Part shown: piece after piece, positions 1-8,960 of the stretch
Layout of the letters: every line of letters begins with the position of its first letter
How positions within the stretch are numbered: the first letter of the stretch is position 1
Assembly (NCBI GenBank): GCA_026129685.1
Contig: JAHCHO010000003.1
Coordinates: 235,256-299,255 of the forward strand
Source of the DNA: Fimbriimonadaceae bacterium
GTDB lineage: Bacteria; Armatimonadota; Fimbriimonadia; Fimbriimonadales; Fimbriimonadaceae
Length of the DNA: 64,000 nt
Direction of reading: 5' to 3'
The notes under the pieces: generated by a model
What the model saw: the letters and a program-made list of their open reading frames with translations, nothing else
Database searches by the model: none
Told to the model about the DNA's origin: nothing
Made by a program: the position numbers and the translations under genes

Positions 1-462
1 ATGAGCAAGCTGGGGTGTTCCGACGCCATCAACCTCGACGGCGGCGGCAGCACCACCCTCAACGTCCTCGGCCTCACCCTCAACCGTCCGAGCGACGGTC
101 AGGAGCGTCCCGTCGCGAGCGCCGTCGTGTTTCTCGGTCCCAAGCCCGAACCGGAAACCGCCGCTCTCGCGCTGCCGGTGCCCGCGAAGCTCACGATCGG
201 TGAAACGGCCGAACTCGCCGTCCGGGCCGAGAACGGCGCGCCGATCCCCAACGCCGAGGTTCTCTGGTGGGCGCGCGGCGCGGGATGGATCGATCAAGGC
301 GGAACCCTCCGGACGCACGCCGCCGGGACCGTCTGGGTCCGCGCCCTCGTCCGGGGCCGCACGCTCTCCGGCGAGACGGTCGTCCTGGCGAAGCCGGCGC
401 CGAAGCCCCCGCCCAAGCGCCCGGCAAGAAAGGTCCGGCCCCGGCACAAGGCTCGCCGCTGA
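1..462 (+). CDS. phosphodiester glycosidase family protein (DUF2233/NAGPA-like), C-terminal fragment; 5' end lies outside the window
   Basis: The frame is open from the window edge to the stop at 460-462. 'SDAINLDGGGSTTL' matches the conserved motif of this fold. The tail is Pro/Lys/Arg-rich. Confidence 0.6.
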   Translation: MSKLGCSDAINLDGGGSTTLNVLGLTLNRPSDGQERPVASAVVFLGPKPEPETAALALPVPAKLTIGETAELAVRAENGAPIPNAEVLWWARGAGWIDQGGTLRTHAAGTVWVRALVRGRTLSGETVVLAKPAPKPPPKRPARKVRPRHKARR

Positions 463-467
463 GACGC

Positions 468-1046
468 CTAACCGCCGCTTCGGACTTCCACCCAAGCGTC
501 GCGAAGACCAAGCTCGTCCAGACGCCTTTCCACGTACGGAAGATTGAGGCTCGCCCCCTGCACGGACAGGAGCCCGGCGATATCGCGGCGCTGGCGTTCG
601 CTGACCCGTCGCCCCATCTCGTACCAACGGCACTTCGCGATGAGGACGTACTCCGGGGAGGCAAAGGGCACGACCAAGCCGGGAGCGACCTCGATCGGAC
701 AAATCCGATCGAACTCCGCTCTTTCGTACGGCAGCGTCGCCACAAAACAGTCGAACTTGAGCGCCGTCGGCTCGAACATCACCTGGACCGACCGCACCGG
801 TTCGCCCGAACCAAGAGCCGCCCGGAGTTCGCTCTCGCTGCACGCGTAGTCCCCCGAAGCCGCCTCGAGAAAGGCGTGGAAGTTCGCCGCGTCGATATCG
901 AGCACCATGTCCACATCGTTCGTGAACCGCGGCTCTCCCCAGGCGCTGGAGGCGACCGATCCCGTGACGAAGTGTCGAATCCCCGCCTCGCCGAGGCGCC
1001 CGCACCATGCGTGCAGAACCTCGGCGTCAGCGGGCACGGTTCGCAC
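468..1046 (-). CDS. nucleotidyltransferase-fold protein (Pol-beta superfamily; MNT/AbiEii/DUF6036-like)
   Basis: 192-aa ORF. 'VTGSVASSAWGEPRFTNDVDMVLDID' fits the G-S ... D-x-D minimal nucleotidyltransferase signature. This is a family-level call only. Confidence 0.6.
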   Translation of the reverse strand: MRTVPADAEVLHAWCGRLGEAGIRHFVTGSVASSAWGEPRFTNDVDMVLDIDAANFHAFLEAASGDYACSESELRAALGSGEPVRSVQVMFEPTALKFDCFVATLPYERAEFDRICPIEVAPGLVVPFASPEYVLIAKCRWYEMGRRVSERQRRDIAGLLSVQGASLNLPYVERRLDELGLRDAWVEVRSGG

Positions 1047-1263
1047 CCTCGCGCAGGTCGGCCGCGAACCGTCGCATCGCGAACACCCGCGCCACCCGTT
1101 CCGCCGGCGTCATCGTCCGCAACCGCGCGATGTACCGACGGTACGCCTCCGGATGCGTGTCCGCCGGCTCGCGCCCGGGGACCGGGCGATCGCTTTCGAC
1201 TTCATGGGAGTCCGGCACAAACCCACGATACCCCCCGACGCCTCGACCCGCCGGCGACCTCAC
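1027..1263 (-). CDS. small hypothetical protein overlapping the start of the nucleotidyltransferase gene (possible cognate partner)
   Basis: 78-aa ORF whose 3' end overlaps the downstream gene by 20 nt. The C-terminal half 'HPEAYRRYIARLRTMTPAERVARVFAMRRFAADL' looks helical and protein-like. The N-terminal half is R/G-rich and may not be translated. Confidence 0.3.
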   Translation of the reverse strand: MRSPAGRGVGGYRGFVPDSHEVESDRPVPGREPADTHPEAYRRYIARLRTMTPAERVARVFAMRRFAADLREGANRAR

Positions 1264-1308
1264 GCGAACCCAAAACCTGAACGGAAGGAAAAAAGTGAAG
1301 AAACCCCC

Positions 1309-1337
1309 TTGACGCCGTGCGCCGGCCCTGCTATAGT
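1309..1337 (+). promoter_or_regulatory. sigma70-type promoter for the PEP-CTERM gene
   Basis: TTGACG (1309-1314), an exact 17-nt spacer, then TATAGT (1332-1337). It lies in an otherwise GC-rich intergenic region. GGAG sits 9 nt before the GTG start at 1435. Confidence 0.55.
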
Positions 1338-1434
1338 TTCGTCACGAGCGAAGCACCGACATCGTCCTGAAGGACGGGCGGATGCGTAGCCGAGGGTCCG
1401 GGCCAAAGACGGACGCCAACCTGGAGTAGTAACC

Positions 1435-2415
1435 GTGAAACTGAATAAGTCGTTAGCCTTTGCGCTTGCGTCCGTCATGGGCGCGATCGTTCCTCTCACC
1501 GCTCAAGCTCAGCTTTTCTCCGACAACTTCGACGGCGGCACGTCGGCCTCGAACTGGAACACCTACCTGAGCGCCGCCGACGGTCAGTTCAACTTCGCCT
1601 ACGACTACAGCACGTACAACGGCACCGCCGGCGTCAACACGATCCCGATCCCGACCGCCCCCCGCTCGACCGGCGGCACCACCATCGGCCTCCGCATGGC
1701 GATCAACGACACCGCCGCCGCGCGGCAGACGATGAGCGCCTTCCCCAAGCTCCAGAGCTTCAGTGGGAACTACAAGCTTCGCTTCGACATGTGGGTGAAC
1801 TACCCCGGAACCGCCGGTGGAACCGGAACCGGCGTCGCGGGCTCGACCGAAACGGCGGCGTTCGGCATCAACATGCCGTCCGAGCAGGCGGTCGGTGCAA
1901 CCGGCGCGTCCGGGCAGTCCGCCCCTGCCAACAGCGTCTGGTTCGCCGTCAACGGAGAAGGTGGTGCCAGCGCGACCTCGACCACCCTCCGAGACTACAA
2001 CTCGTTCCTCGGCGGCACCCTGCAGTTTGGTGACGCGGGCGGTTTCGCCGCCACCGGCACCGGCCGAGAGGATCACGCGAACGCGTACTACCAGACCCTG
2101 TTCCCGCAGAACATCAGCTACCAGACCGCCGGCGCGCCCGGCAAGCAATGGGTCACCGTGGACATCGAGCAAATCGGTAGCACGACGACGTGGTCGATGA
2201 ACGGCACGCTGATCGCCACCCGCACCGGCACGCCGATCACCGCCGGCAACGTCTTCCTCGGCTACTTCGACCACTTCAACGGCGTATCGACCCCGGCCGT
2301 CGACTCCTTCGTGATCTACGACAACGTCGAGGTCGTTCCCGAGCCGGCCAGCATGTCCGCCCTCGCCCTCGGTTTCGGCGCGCTCTTCCTGAAGCGCCGT
2401 CGCCGCAACGCCTAA
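1435..2415 (+). CDS. secreted PEP-CTERM sorting-domain protein (lectin/glucanase-like body)
   Basis: GTG start. Signal peptide 'MKLNKSLAFALASVMGAIVPLTAQA'. C-terminus 'VPEPASMSALALGFGALFLKRRRRNA' has the PEP motif, a TM helix and an Arg cluster. Confidence 0.85.
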   Translation: MKLNKSLAFALASVMGAIVPLTAQAQLFSDNFDGGTSASNWNTYLSAADGQFNFAYDYSTYNGTAGVNTIPIPTAPRSTGGTTIGLRMAINDTAAARQTMSAFPKLQSFSGNYKLRFDMWVNYPGTAGGTGTGVAGSTETAAFGINMPSEQAVGATGASGQSAPANSVWFAVNGEGGASATSTTLRDYNSFLGGTLQFGDAGGFAATGTGREDHANAYYQTLFPQNISYQTAGAPGKQWVTVDIEQIGSTTTWSMNGTLIATRTGTPITAGNVFLGYFDHFNGVSTPAVDSFVIYDNVEVVPEPASMSALALGFGALFLKRRRRNA

Positions 2416-2524
2416 ACGATTTCGGGCCCTCCCGTACCAACCACACAACAAAGCAACTAAACAAACAAACGAGACACAGAGAAGGTTTTAGGACAGCGAC
2501 AACACGGTAAATACTCCTATCATC

Positions 2525-2563
2525 GCGCCTTTCCGATCGGTTCGGAAAGGCGCTCTTTTCTTT
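2525..2563 (+). terminator. intrinsic (rho-independent) terminator
   Basis: Perfect 12-bp stem GCGCCTTTCCGA/TCGGAAAGGCGC with a 5-nt loop TCGGT, followed by TCTTTTCTTT. Confidence 0.75.
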
Positions 2564-2571
2564 GAGGACCC

Positions 2572-3816
2572 ATGACCCTCGACCACGCCCGACGACTCGA
2601 TGCCGCCGACCCCCTGGCCTCCTTCCGGACCCGGTTCCTGTTGCCAGAAGGCCTCACCTACCTCGACGGCAATTCGTTAGGTCCTCTTACGATATCGGGT
2701 CGCGATGCGCTTGCGGCGGCTACCGAACGCTGGTCGCGACGCCTGATCGGAGGCTGGAACGAGGACTGGATCGCGATGGCGTCTCGCGTCGCCGCGCGCC
2801 TTGCCCCCCTCCTTGGTGCCTTGGAGGAAGAGGTGCTGATCGGTTCCGACACCTCCACCAACCTCTTCCGATTGGCCCACGCCGCCGCCGAGATCGCGCC
2901 GGACCGAACCGACATCGTGACCGACGACCTCAACTTTCCCTCGGACCGGTACGTGTTGGAGGGGATCGCCAAGGGTTTGGGAAGGCGGGTTCAAGTCGTT
3001 CGATCCACAGACGGCATCCACGCCGACGAGGGGGCGATCATGGGCGAGATCACCGACCGAACATCATTCGTTTGCCTAAGTATGGTCGCCTACCGAACGG
3101 GATACCTGTACGATGTCCCGACCATCACCGATCACGCCCACCGGCACGGGGCCCTCGTCCTCTGGGACCTCAGCCATGCCGCCGGCGTCGTCCCGATCCA
3201 CCTCGACGCGTGGAAGGTGGACCTGGCGGTGGGATGCACCTACAAGTACCTGAACGGTGGCCCCGGCGCACCGGCCTACCTCTATGTGCGTCGAGACTTG
3301 CAGGGCCGACTCCGCAATCCCGTCCAGGGTTGGTTTGGGCACGCCGATCCCTTCTCCATGGTCGAGGACTACGCGCCAAGTCCAGGTGTCCGGCGGTTTT
3401 CCTCCGGCACCCCTCCCATCTTGTCCCTTGCCCCCGTCGATGGTGGCGTCCAACCTACCGTCGAGGCCGGCGTCGCACGAGTACGCGAGAAGTCCGTCGC
3501 CCTGACCATCGCCTTTGTCGAGGAAGTCGAGCGAATCCTCGTCTCCCTTGGCTTCTCGATCCAGAGTCCTTGCGACCCGGCGCGTCGTGGGTCGCACGTC
3601 TCCCTCGGCCACCCGTACGCCCTGGCCGTCAGTCGCTGTCTCGTCGCCGAACGCGCCGTCGTCCCCGACTTTCGCCCACCGAACGTCCTTCGCTTTGGGT
3701 TCGCCCCCCTCTACAACCGTTTCGAGGACATGGTCCGCGCCATCGAGCAAACTGCCGAGGTCGTGCGAACCGGTGCGTACGAGCCGTACCTCGCGGCGCG
3801 ACCCTTCGTCCCCTGA
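2572..3816 (+). CDS. kynU: kynureninase
   Basis: 414 aa. 'FLLPEGLTYLDGNSLGPL' N-terminus and 'CTYKYLNGGPGAPAYLYV' PLP-lysine region are typical of kynureninases. Confidence 0.9.
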   Translation: MTLDHARRLDAADPLASFRTRFLLPEGLTYLDGNSLGPLTISGRDALAAATERWSRRLIGGWNEDWIAMASRVAARLAPLLGALEEEVLIGSDTSTNLFRLAHAAAEIAPDRTDIVTDDLNFPSDRYVLEGIAKGLGRRVQVVRSTDGIHADEGAIMGEITDRTSFVCLSMVAYRTGYLYDVPTITDHAHRHGALVLWDLSHAAGVVPIHLDAWKVDLAVGCTYKYLNGGPGAPAYLYVRRDLQGRLRNPVQGWFGHADPFSMVEDYAPSPGVRRFSSGTPPILSLAPVDGGVQPTVEAGVARVREKSVALTIAFVEEVERILVSLGFSIQSPCDPARRGSHVSLGHPYALAVSRCLVAERAVVPDFRPPNVLRFGFAPLYNRFEDMVRAIEQTAEVVRTGAYEPYLAARPFVP

Positions 3817-3860
3817 TCCGCCGCCGAAGTATCCTGACCCGACGTAAGGAACACACAGAG

Positions 3861-4334
3861 ATGCCGATCCAACCCGGAACCCCCGCCCCCGATTTCACCC
3901 TCAAGACCAAGGGCCCCGAGGGCCTGCGCGACGTGAGACTCAGCGACGAGCTCGGCAAGCGCAACGTCGTCCTCCTATTCTTCCCCGCCGCCTTCACCGG
4001 GGTTTGTACCCAGGAGATGTGCGACGCCACCCAGTTCGGCGAGTTCCAGAAGGATGGCACCGTCGTCTATGGCATCAGTGCGGACACGCCCTGGGCACAA
4101 GAGCACTGGGCCAAGTTGCACGATATCGGGGTGACCCTCCTGAGCGACTATCGCCGCGAGGTCGCCAGGGCCTACGACTGCGTTTGGCCCGACCTCGCCG
4201 GACTTGGTCCGTCCGCCGCGCGCGCGTCCTTCGTCGTGGATCGGGAGGGGGTCGTCCGCTACGCCGAGCAGACTCCGGCCCCGAGCGACTCCCCGAACTT
4301 CGAAGCGATCCGCGCCGCCCTTGCCTCGCTCTGA
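3861..4334 (+). CDS. peroxiredoxin (AhpC/TSA family)
   Basis: 157 aa from the internal ATG at 3861 of the long 2562-4334 ORF. 'VVLLFFPAAFTGVCTQE' is the peroxidatic-Cys motif. Confidence 0.9.
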   Translation: MPIQPGTPAPDFTLKTKGPEGLRDVRLSDELGKRNVVLLFFPAAFTGVCTQEMCDATQFGEFQKDGTVVYGISADTPWAQEHWAKLHDIGVTLLSDYRREVARAYDCVWPDLAGLGPSAARASFVVDREGVVRYAEQTPAPSDSPNFEAIRAALASL

Positions 4335-4343
4335 ACGGAGAGG

Positions 4344-4769
4344 CTACTCGGAAACGACCTCGGCGCTGCCGAGGCACGGCTCTGCCTTGATGGTGCCGTT
4401 CTTGTCATGGGCCGTGGACGCCGCCGGCGGCGTCTGCGGCCGATACGTCTCGCACGCCTCGCCCGTCGAGGCAAGCCGGTAGGCGAGGAAGGCCCCCGCC
4501 GACGCCGCCAGACACAGGGCGAGCGCCCACTTCGCGCGCATCACCGTCCGTGCGTAGGGTGCCTCTCGCGAAAGCGGCGCTCCTCGAACCGCATCGCCGA
4601 ACCGAGCGGAGAGGCTCGCGACCGCCTCCAAGCGTTCCCGAAGGCGCGGATCGAACACCGCCCGCACCGCCAGACACGCCTTGCGCCAGCCTCCGAGTTC
4701 GCCCGCCGCGAACAGGAACACGTCCTCTTCCGAGCGGCGGCGCCAGGAAACCAAGCGATCGTCGATCAT
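4344..4769 (-). CDS. putative membrane anti-sigma factor
   Basis: The ATG at 4769 overlaps the sigma gene stop (ATGA). Single TM helix 'WALALCLAASAGAFLAYRL'. The position downstream of an ECF sigma gene supports the call. Confidence 0.55.
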   Translation of the reverse strand: MIDDRLVSWRRRSEEDVFLFAAGELGGWRKACLAVRAVFDPRLRERLEAVASLSARFGDAVRGAPLSREAPYARTVMRAKWALALCLAASAGAFLAYRLASTGEACETYRPQTPPAASTAHDKNGTIKAEPCLGSAEVVSE

Positions 4770-5359
4770 CGCGCCGCCTCCTGGACCTCTTGTTCGCGCA
4801 GCATCCGCTCGAGGTTGGAGAGTCCACGGTAGAACTGGTACTTCACCGTGTTCAGGTTCCGGTCGAGGGCGGACGCCACCTCGCGAAGGTTCATCTCCGA
4901 AGCGTAATAGAGGTCGAGCACTTCCCGTTGCTCTTCGCTCAGCCGCGTCATCAGCGCCCGCAGGTTCTCGGCGGTGTGAAGGCGTCCCGCGTGTTCCTGG
5001 GCGTCCGTCGCGACGATTCGCTCGTCGAGTTCCGCCATCATCGGCTCGCGACGCGCCGACCGACAGTAGTCGCGATACTTGTTGAAGCAAATGGCGTATA
5101 GCCAGGTTCGGAAACGGCTCCCGTGCCGGAACCGTGGCAGGGCGGACCAGGCCGCGATCCAGACGTCCTGCAACACGTCGTCCAACTGCGCCTCCGGCAC
5201 CCGCCCCGAGAGGAACATCCGCATCCCCGGGGCGTGGATTCCGCGCAACCGGTCGAACGATGCCCGCGAGCCCTGCGAGGCCTCGCGCACGAGCCGGTCC
5301 TCGATGTCGAGGGCGCCCGCGCGGTCCGCGCGCAGTTTCGAGGCCTGGGGATAGCTCAC
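4766..5359 (-). CDS. RNA polymerase ECF-type sigma factor
   Basis: 197 aa. Region 2 'DVLQDVWIAAWSALPRFRHGSRFRTWLYAICFNKYRDY' and region 4 'LSEEQREVLDLYYASEMNLREVASALDRNLNTVKYQFYRG'. Confidence 0.9.
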   Translation of the reverse strand: MSYPQASKLRADRAGALDIEDRLVREASQGSRASFDRLRGIHAPGMRMFLSGRVPEAQLDDVLQDVWIAAWSALPRFRHGSRFRTWLYAICFNKYRDYCRSARREPMMAELDERIVATDAQEHAGRLHTAENLRALMTRLSEEQREVLDLYYASEMNLREVASALDRNLNTVKYQFYRGLSNLERMLREQEVQEAAR

Positions 5360-5492
5360 GACGTTAACTTGCGAAATGACGACTCACCTACCCGACTGCG
5401 TTTTGGTCGCGAAAAGTTCCAGCAAAAGTTTGCCGGCCGGAATGCCGTCGACCCGCGAACCGGTCTTGGCCCTCGGCCCGTCCTTTACTCCG

Positions 5493-6713
5493 ATGGCGAC
5501 CGCGCCCCCGCTTCTGCGATCGGCCCGTCCGTCCGTTCGTTCGGGCCGGGTGCGCGTCGCCGGCGCCCCCCGCGTTCCCTTTGGGGCGGCCGTGGTCAGC
5601 CTGTTTTCCGGCGCCGGCGGGCTTGACCTTGGCTTTGAACAAGCTGGGTTCGAAACGCTCGTATGCGTCGAGCACGACCGCCATTGCCGCCGCACCCTCG
5701 CCGCCAACCGTCCGCAGTGGCGGCTCATCGAAGGGGACGATCCGACGAATCCGGGGGATGTTCGTCGCGTCCGCCCGGAAGCGATCCTCACGACGATCGG
5801 CCGGCGCAGGGGCGAGGTGGACGTGGTGATCGGCGGCCCGCCCTGCCAATCGTTCTCCAACTTGGGACGAAAGCTCGGCGCCCAGGACCCCGCGAACGGG
5901 GACCTTTTCGTACACTACGCGCGGCTGATAGACGGCCTGTTGCCCCGCGCGTTCGTCTTCGAGAACGTCGAGGGACTGACGCAAACGCGCCACGACGACG
6001 TCCGCGCCCATCTCCACTCGCGCTTTCGCGCCCTTGGCTACCGGCTCGCCGAAGGCATGCTTGTCGCGGCCGACTACGGCGACCCTCAGTTGCGCCGACG
6101 CTTCGTCATCGTCGGTATGCAAGGCGTGGACGATGTCGGCCTGCCCGAGCCCGTCTACTTCGCCGACCCGGAGTCCCACGCGAGCTTCTTCGCCGACCAT
6201 TCCGATCCGCTCCCCTTCCGCCCCTACCGCACGCTTGGCGAGGCCCTCTCCGAACCACTGCCGCACGGGCGAGAGGACGACCTCCGGATGGGGGTGACGG
6301 ACGAGGTTCGCGCGCGAATGCGCTGGATCGGACCCGGCGAGAACTTTCGCGTCCTGCCCGACGCGCTGCGTCCGGCCTGCTGGCGAACCGGTCGCCACCA
6401 AGGGGCCGACACCTTCGGCCGCCTCCGCGCCGACCGCCCCTCCGTCGCCGTCCGCACCAGCGCCTACAACCCGTCGAAGGGGCGCTACATCCACCCCACC
6501 GAGGACCGGGGCCTCTCCACCCTTGAGATGGCCCGCCTTCAGAGCTTTCCCGACGAGTGGCGCTTCGTCTGCGACGGACGCCCCACCTTGGTCGGCATCG
6601 GCCGCATGATCGGCAACGCCGTCCCCGTCCGGCTTGCCCACGCCATCGCCCTCGCCGTTCGCGTCCAGCTTCGCGAGCAACCGAACGCGCCTCGCCGATG
6701 CGAGCCGCCATAG
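5493..6713 (+). CDS. dcm: DNA (cytosine-5)-methyltransferase; start uncertain (ORF opens at 5376; ATG at 5442/5493 or a later GTG possible)
   Basis: Motif I 'FSGAGGLDLGF', motif IV 'GGPPCQSFS', motif VI 'ENVEGL', and motifs IX/X 'LSTLEMARLQSFPDEW ... IGNAVPV'. Confidence 0.85.
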   Translation: MATAPPLLRSARPSVRSGRVRVAGAPRVPFGAAVVSLFSGAGGLDLGFEQAGFETLVCVEHDRHCRRTLAANRPQWRLIEGDDPTNPGDVRRVRPEAILTTIGRRRGEVDVVIGGPPCQSFSNLGRKLGAQDPANGDLFVHYARLIDGLLPRAFVFENVEGLTQTRHDDVRAHLHSRFRALGYRLAEGMLVAADYGDPQLRRRFVIVGMQGVDDVGLPEPVYFADPESHASFFADHSDPLPFRPYRTLGEALSEPLPHGREDDLRMGVTDEVRARMRWIGPGENFRVLPDALRPACWRTGRHQGADTFGRLRADRPSVAVRTSAYNPSKGRYIHPTEDRGLSTLEMARLQSFPDEWRFVCDGRPTLVGIGRMIGNAVPVRLAHAIALAVRVQLREQPNAPRRCEPP

Positions 6714-6717
6714 CCCG

Positions 6718-7626
6718 TCACTTAGCGATTCCGCCGCGGCCCGCCTTGCCGGTCAGCGACCGCTCTAGATCGCTCATCGTCACAAATCGGAACCCCCGAG
6801 CCTTGGCGTACCGCAGGACCTGTGGCAGAACGTCGAGCGTCTGTCGGATGCCGTCATGGAGGAGGACGATGCCGCCGTTCGACAGCCTGGCGAGCGTCTT
6901 GCGCTCGATGGCGTTGTCTCCCGGGCTCGCATAGTCGCCCGGGTCGTCCGTCCAAAGCACGGTAAGGAGGCCCACTTTGGTCGCCGCCCGTACCACGGTG
7001 GCGTCGTAATCTCCGCCGGGCGGCCGGCAGTAACGCATCTCCTTGCCGATAAGCGCTCGGACCAGGTCGTTGTTCGCCCGGTACTCCGTTTCGATGTCGA
7101 GTTCCGGAATCTTCGTCAGCGTGACGTGGCTGTACGTATGGTTGCCGACCTCCATACCCGCCTTGTCGATGGCGTCGAGGAGCCTCGGGTGCTGCTTCAC
7201 CATCTTCCCCACCACGAAGAAAGTGGCTTTGACGTCAGCCTGCTTGAGAATCGCGAGCAACCGCTCGGTCAAGACCGGATGGGGCCCGTCGTCGAACGTC
7301 AGCGCCAGAATCTTTTCGCGGGGGTTACCCCGCGAGATCTTGGGCAACGCCTGGCCGCGCCGCTTCTCGCGAGCATCCTGTCCGACCAGTTCCTCCGTCG
7401 ACCGGTAGACCTCCTGCAAGGCTCGTTGCCAATAGGGATCGGTCTTCTGCATCGAGGCGGGATTCACGCCCCGCTTGGGCGCGACGCGCCGCGCCGTTTG
7501 CGAGTCGCCGCCTGGGTGGCGCTCCGCGCGGCGAGCGAATTGCGGAGTAACGCACCCCATCGCCACCACCATCGCGGACACGACCGCCAGCCAGGCCACG
7601 CTCGAGCGAGGCCGAGTCCTCTTCAT
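6718..7626 (-). CDS. polysaccharide deacetylase (NodB homology domain), probable lipoprotein
   Basis: 'LTFDDGPHP', 'VGNHTYSH' and 'LLHD' NodB motifs. N-terminus has 'VVAMGC' after a hydrophobic stretch. Confidence 0.85.
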   Translation of the reverse strand: MKRTRPRSSVAWLAVVSAMVVAMGCVTPQFARRAERHPGGDSQTARRVAPKRGVNPASMQKTDPYWQRALQEVYRSTEELVGQDAREKRRGQALPKISRGNPREKILALTFDDGPHPVLTERLLAILKQADVKATFFVVGKMVKQHPRLLDAIDKAGMEVGNHTYSHVTLTKIPELDIETEYRANNDLVRALIGKEMRYCRPPGGDYDATVVRAATKVGLLTVLWTDDPGDYASPGDNAIERKTLARLSNGGIVLLHDGIRQTLDVLPQVLRYAKARGFRFVTMSDLERSLTGKAGRGGIAK

Positions 7627-7700
7627 GCGACAACCCCTAGGGTTCCATTCATCGACCGTGACCCGTTACACGCTTAACCCCGAGTGGGTCCAAGCCCACG

Positions 7701-8678
7701 CTAGATTCGAGCCGGCCGAACCGCCCGATCCGTCGCCGCACTCTCCTGCGCCGCCAAAGCGATTGAAACCGCCATCGCGCCCTCGTACGCCGGCACGGGA
7801 ACCGGAGAACCCCCTTGCACGGCGTCCACGAAGGCGCTCAGTTCCAGGTAGTACGGGTCGTCCGTCTCGAAGAGCGGGCTCTCCGCCGACGACCCTCCCG
7901 CCAAGTGCGTTCGTAACGAGGGGTGCGCCCGGCTGTCGTACTCGATCATTCCCTCCGACCCGCACACCTCGTACGTCGTCCGAAACCCGCTCGGATCCAT
8001 CCACGTCGCCTCGACGTGCGCCACCGCCCCGCCCTCGAACGAAAGCGTCGTGAGCGCGTAGTCCGGCCCACCCGAAAGGTCCTTCGCCCGCAAGGACCGA
8101 GCGTACAGGTGCGTCACCTCGCCCAAGGTCCAGCGTAGCCAGTCGAAGTCGTGGATCGCCAAGTCCAACAACACGCCCCCTGAGCGAGCGTGGTCCATGA
8201 ACCAGTTGTCCGCGCCCTTGATCGGGGGCGGCCCGCCTCGACGAGTGCGCGCCGCCGCCGGCGTCCCCACGCCTCCGCCCTTCACGTGACGATGCCCCGC
8301 CGCGAACTCCGGGAAATACCGCACCACCTGCGCCGCCCCGAACGGGACATTCGCCTTCGTCGCCGCCTCCAGAAGCCCGACCGACTCCTCGAGCGTCCGC
8401 GCCAGCGGCTTCTCCATGATCAGCGCTCGACCCGCCGAAAGAACCTTCTGCCCGTACGCCGCGTGCAAGTCCGTCGGCAGGCACACGTCCACCACGTCGC
8501 ACTTCGAGATCAGGTCGTCCGATCCCGTCGTGTTGATCGCCCCGTACTCCTCGGCCAACCGCGCCGCCCGGTCCGTTTGGCGATCGTGGACGTAGAGCTG
8601 GACGTTCGCCATCTTGGCGTACTGTCGGGCGTGGACCTGGCCCATGCCTCCGTTTCCGAGAATGCCGACGCGAATCAT
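7701..8678 (-). CDS. Gfo/Idh/MocA family oxidoreductase
   Basis: The internal ATG at 8678 gives 'MIRVGILGNGGMGQVHARQY', a Rossmann N-terminus. The upstream part of the 7701-8837 ORF is not protein-like. Confidence 0.85.
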   Translation of the reverse strand: MIRVGILGNGGMGQVHARQYAKMANVQLYVHDRQTDRAARLAEEYGAINTTGSDDLISKCDVVDVCLPTDLHAAYGQKVLSAGRALIMEKPLARTLEESVGLLEAATKANVPFGAAQVVRYFPEFAAGHRHVKGGGVGTPAAARTRRGGPPPIKGADNWFMDHARSGGVLLDLAIHDFDWLRWTLGEVTHLYARSLRAKDLSGGPDYALTTLSFEGGAVAHVEATWMDPSGFRTTYEVCGSEGMIEYDSRAHPSLRTHLAGGSSAESPLFETDDPYYLELSAFVDAVQGGSPVPVPAYEGAMAVSIALAAQESAATDRAVRPARI

Positions 8679-8960
8679 GCCGCACCCTGTTTCGCGAACC
8701 GCCGCCCGGTTCCTTCGACGATGCGACCAAAGCCCGAGCCGCGGGCAAGAAGACCCACCTTCCCCCAACGCCGACCGATATGCTCTGCTCGTCTTCGGCG
8801 CGTAATGCCCAGTCGCCTCGACCCAGGCTCGAACCAACCCTCCGCGACTCAGCGTCGTTCTCGCGAAGGTCTTCTCCGACGAAGCAGGTATCCTTTGGCG
8901 TCGCGTTTTGACGCGATCTGGGTTGTCATGGCTCGTATCACCACGCGCAAGGAAGCCCGT

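Noticed and set aside
5376-5492. First 39 codons of the methyltransferase ORF
   Set aside because: It would leave only 16 nt between divergent genes, and the peptide is not part of the conserved methyltransferase core, where motif I begins near codon 75. The true start is probably downstream but cannot be fixed from sequence alone.
8190-8960. N-terminal 257 codons of the 1349-aa ORF that contains hppA
   Set aside because: The sequence is Arg-rich and low-complexity, and most of it lies antisense to the well-supported oxidoreductase gene (7701-8678). The PPase homology and an RBS-preceded ATG begin at 8961.
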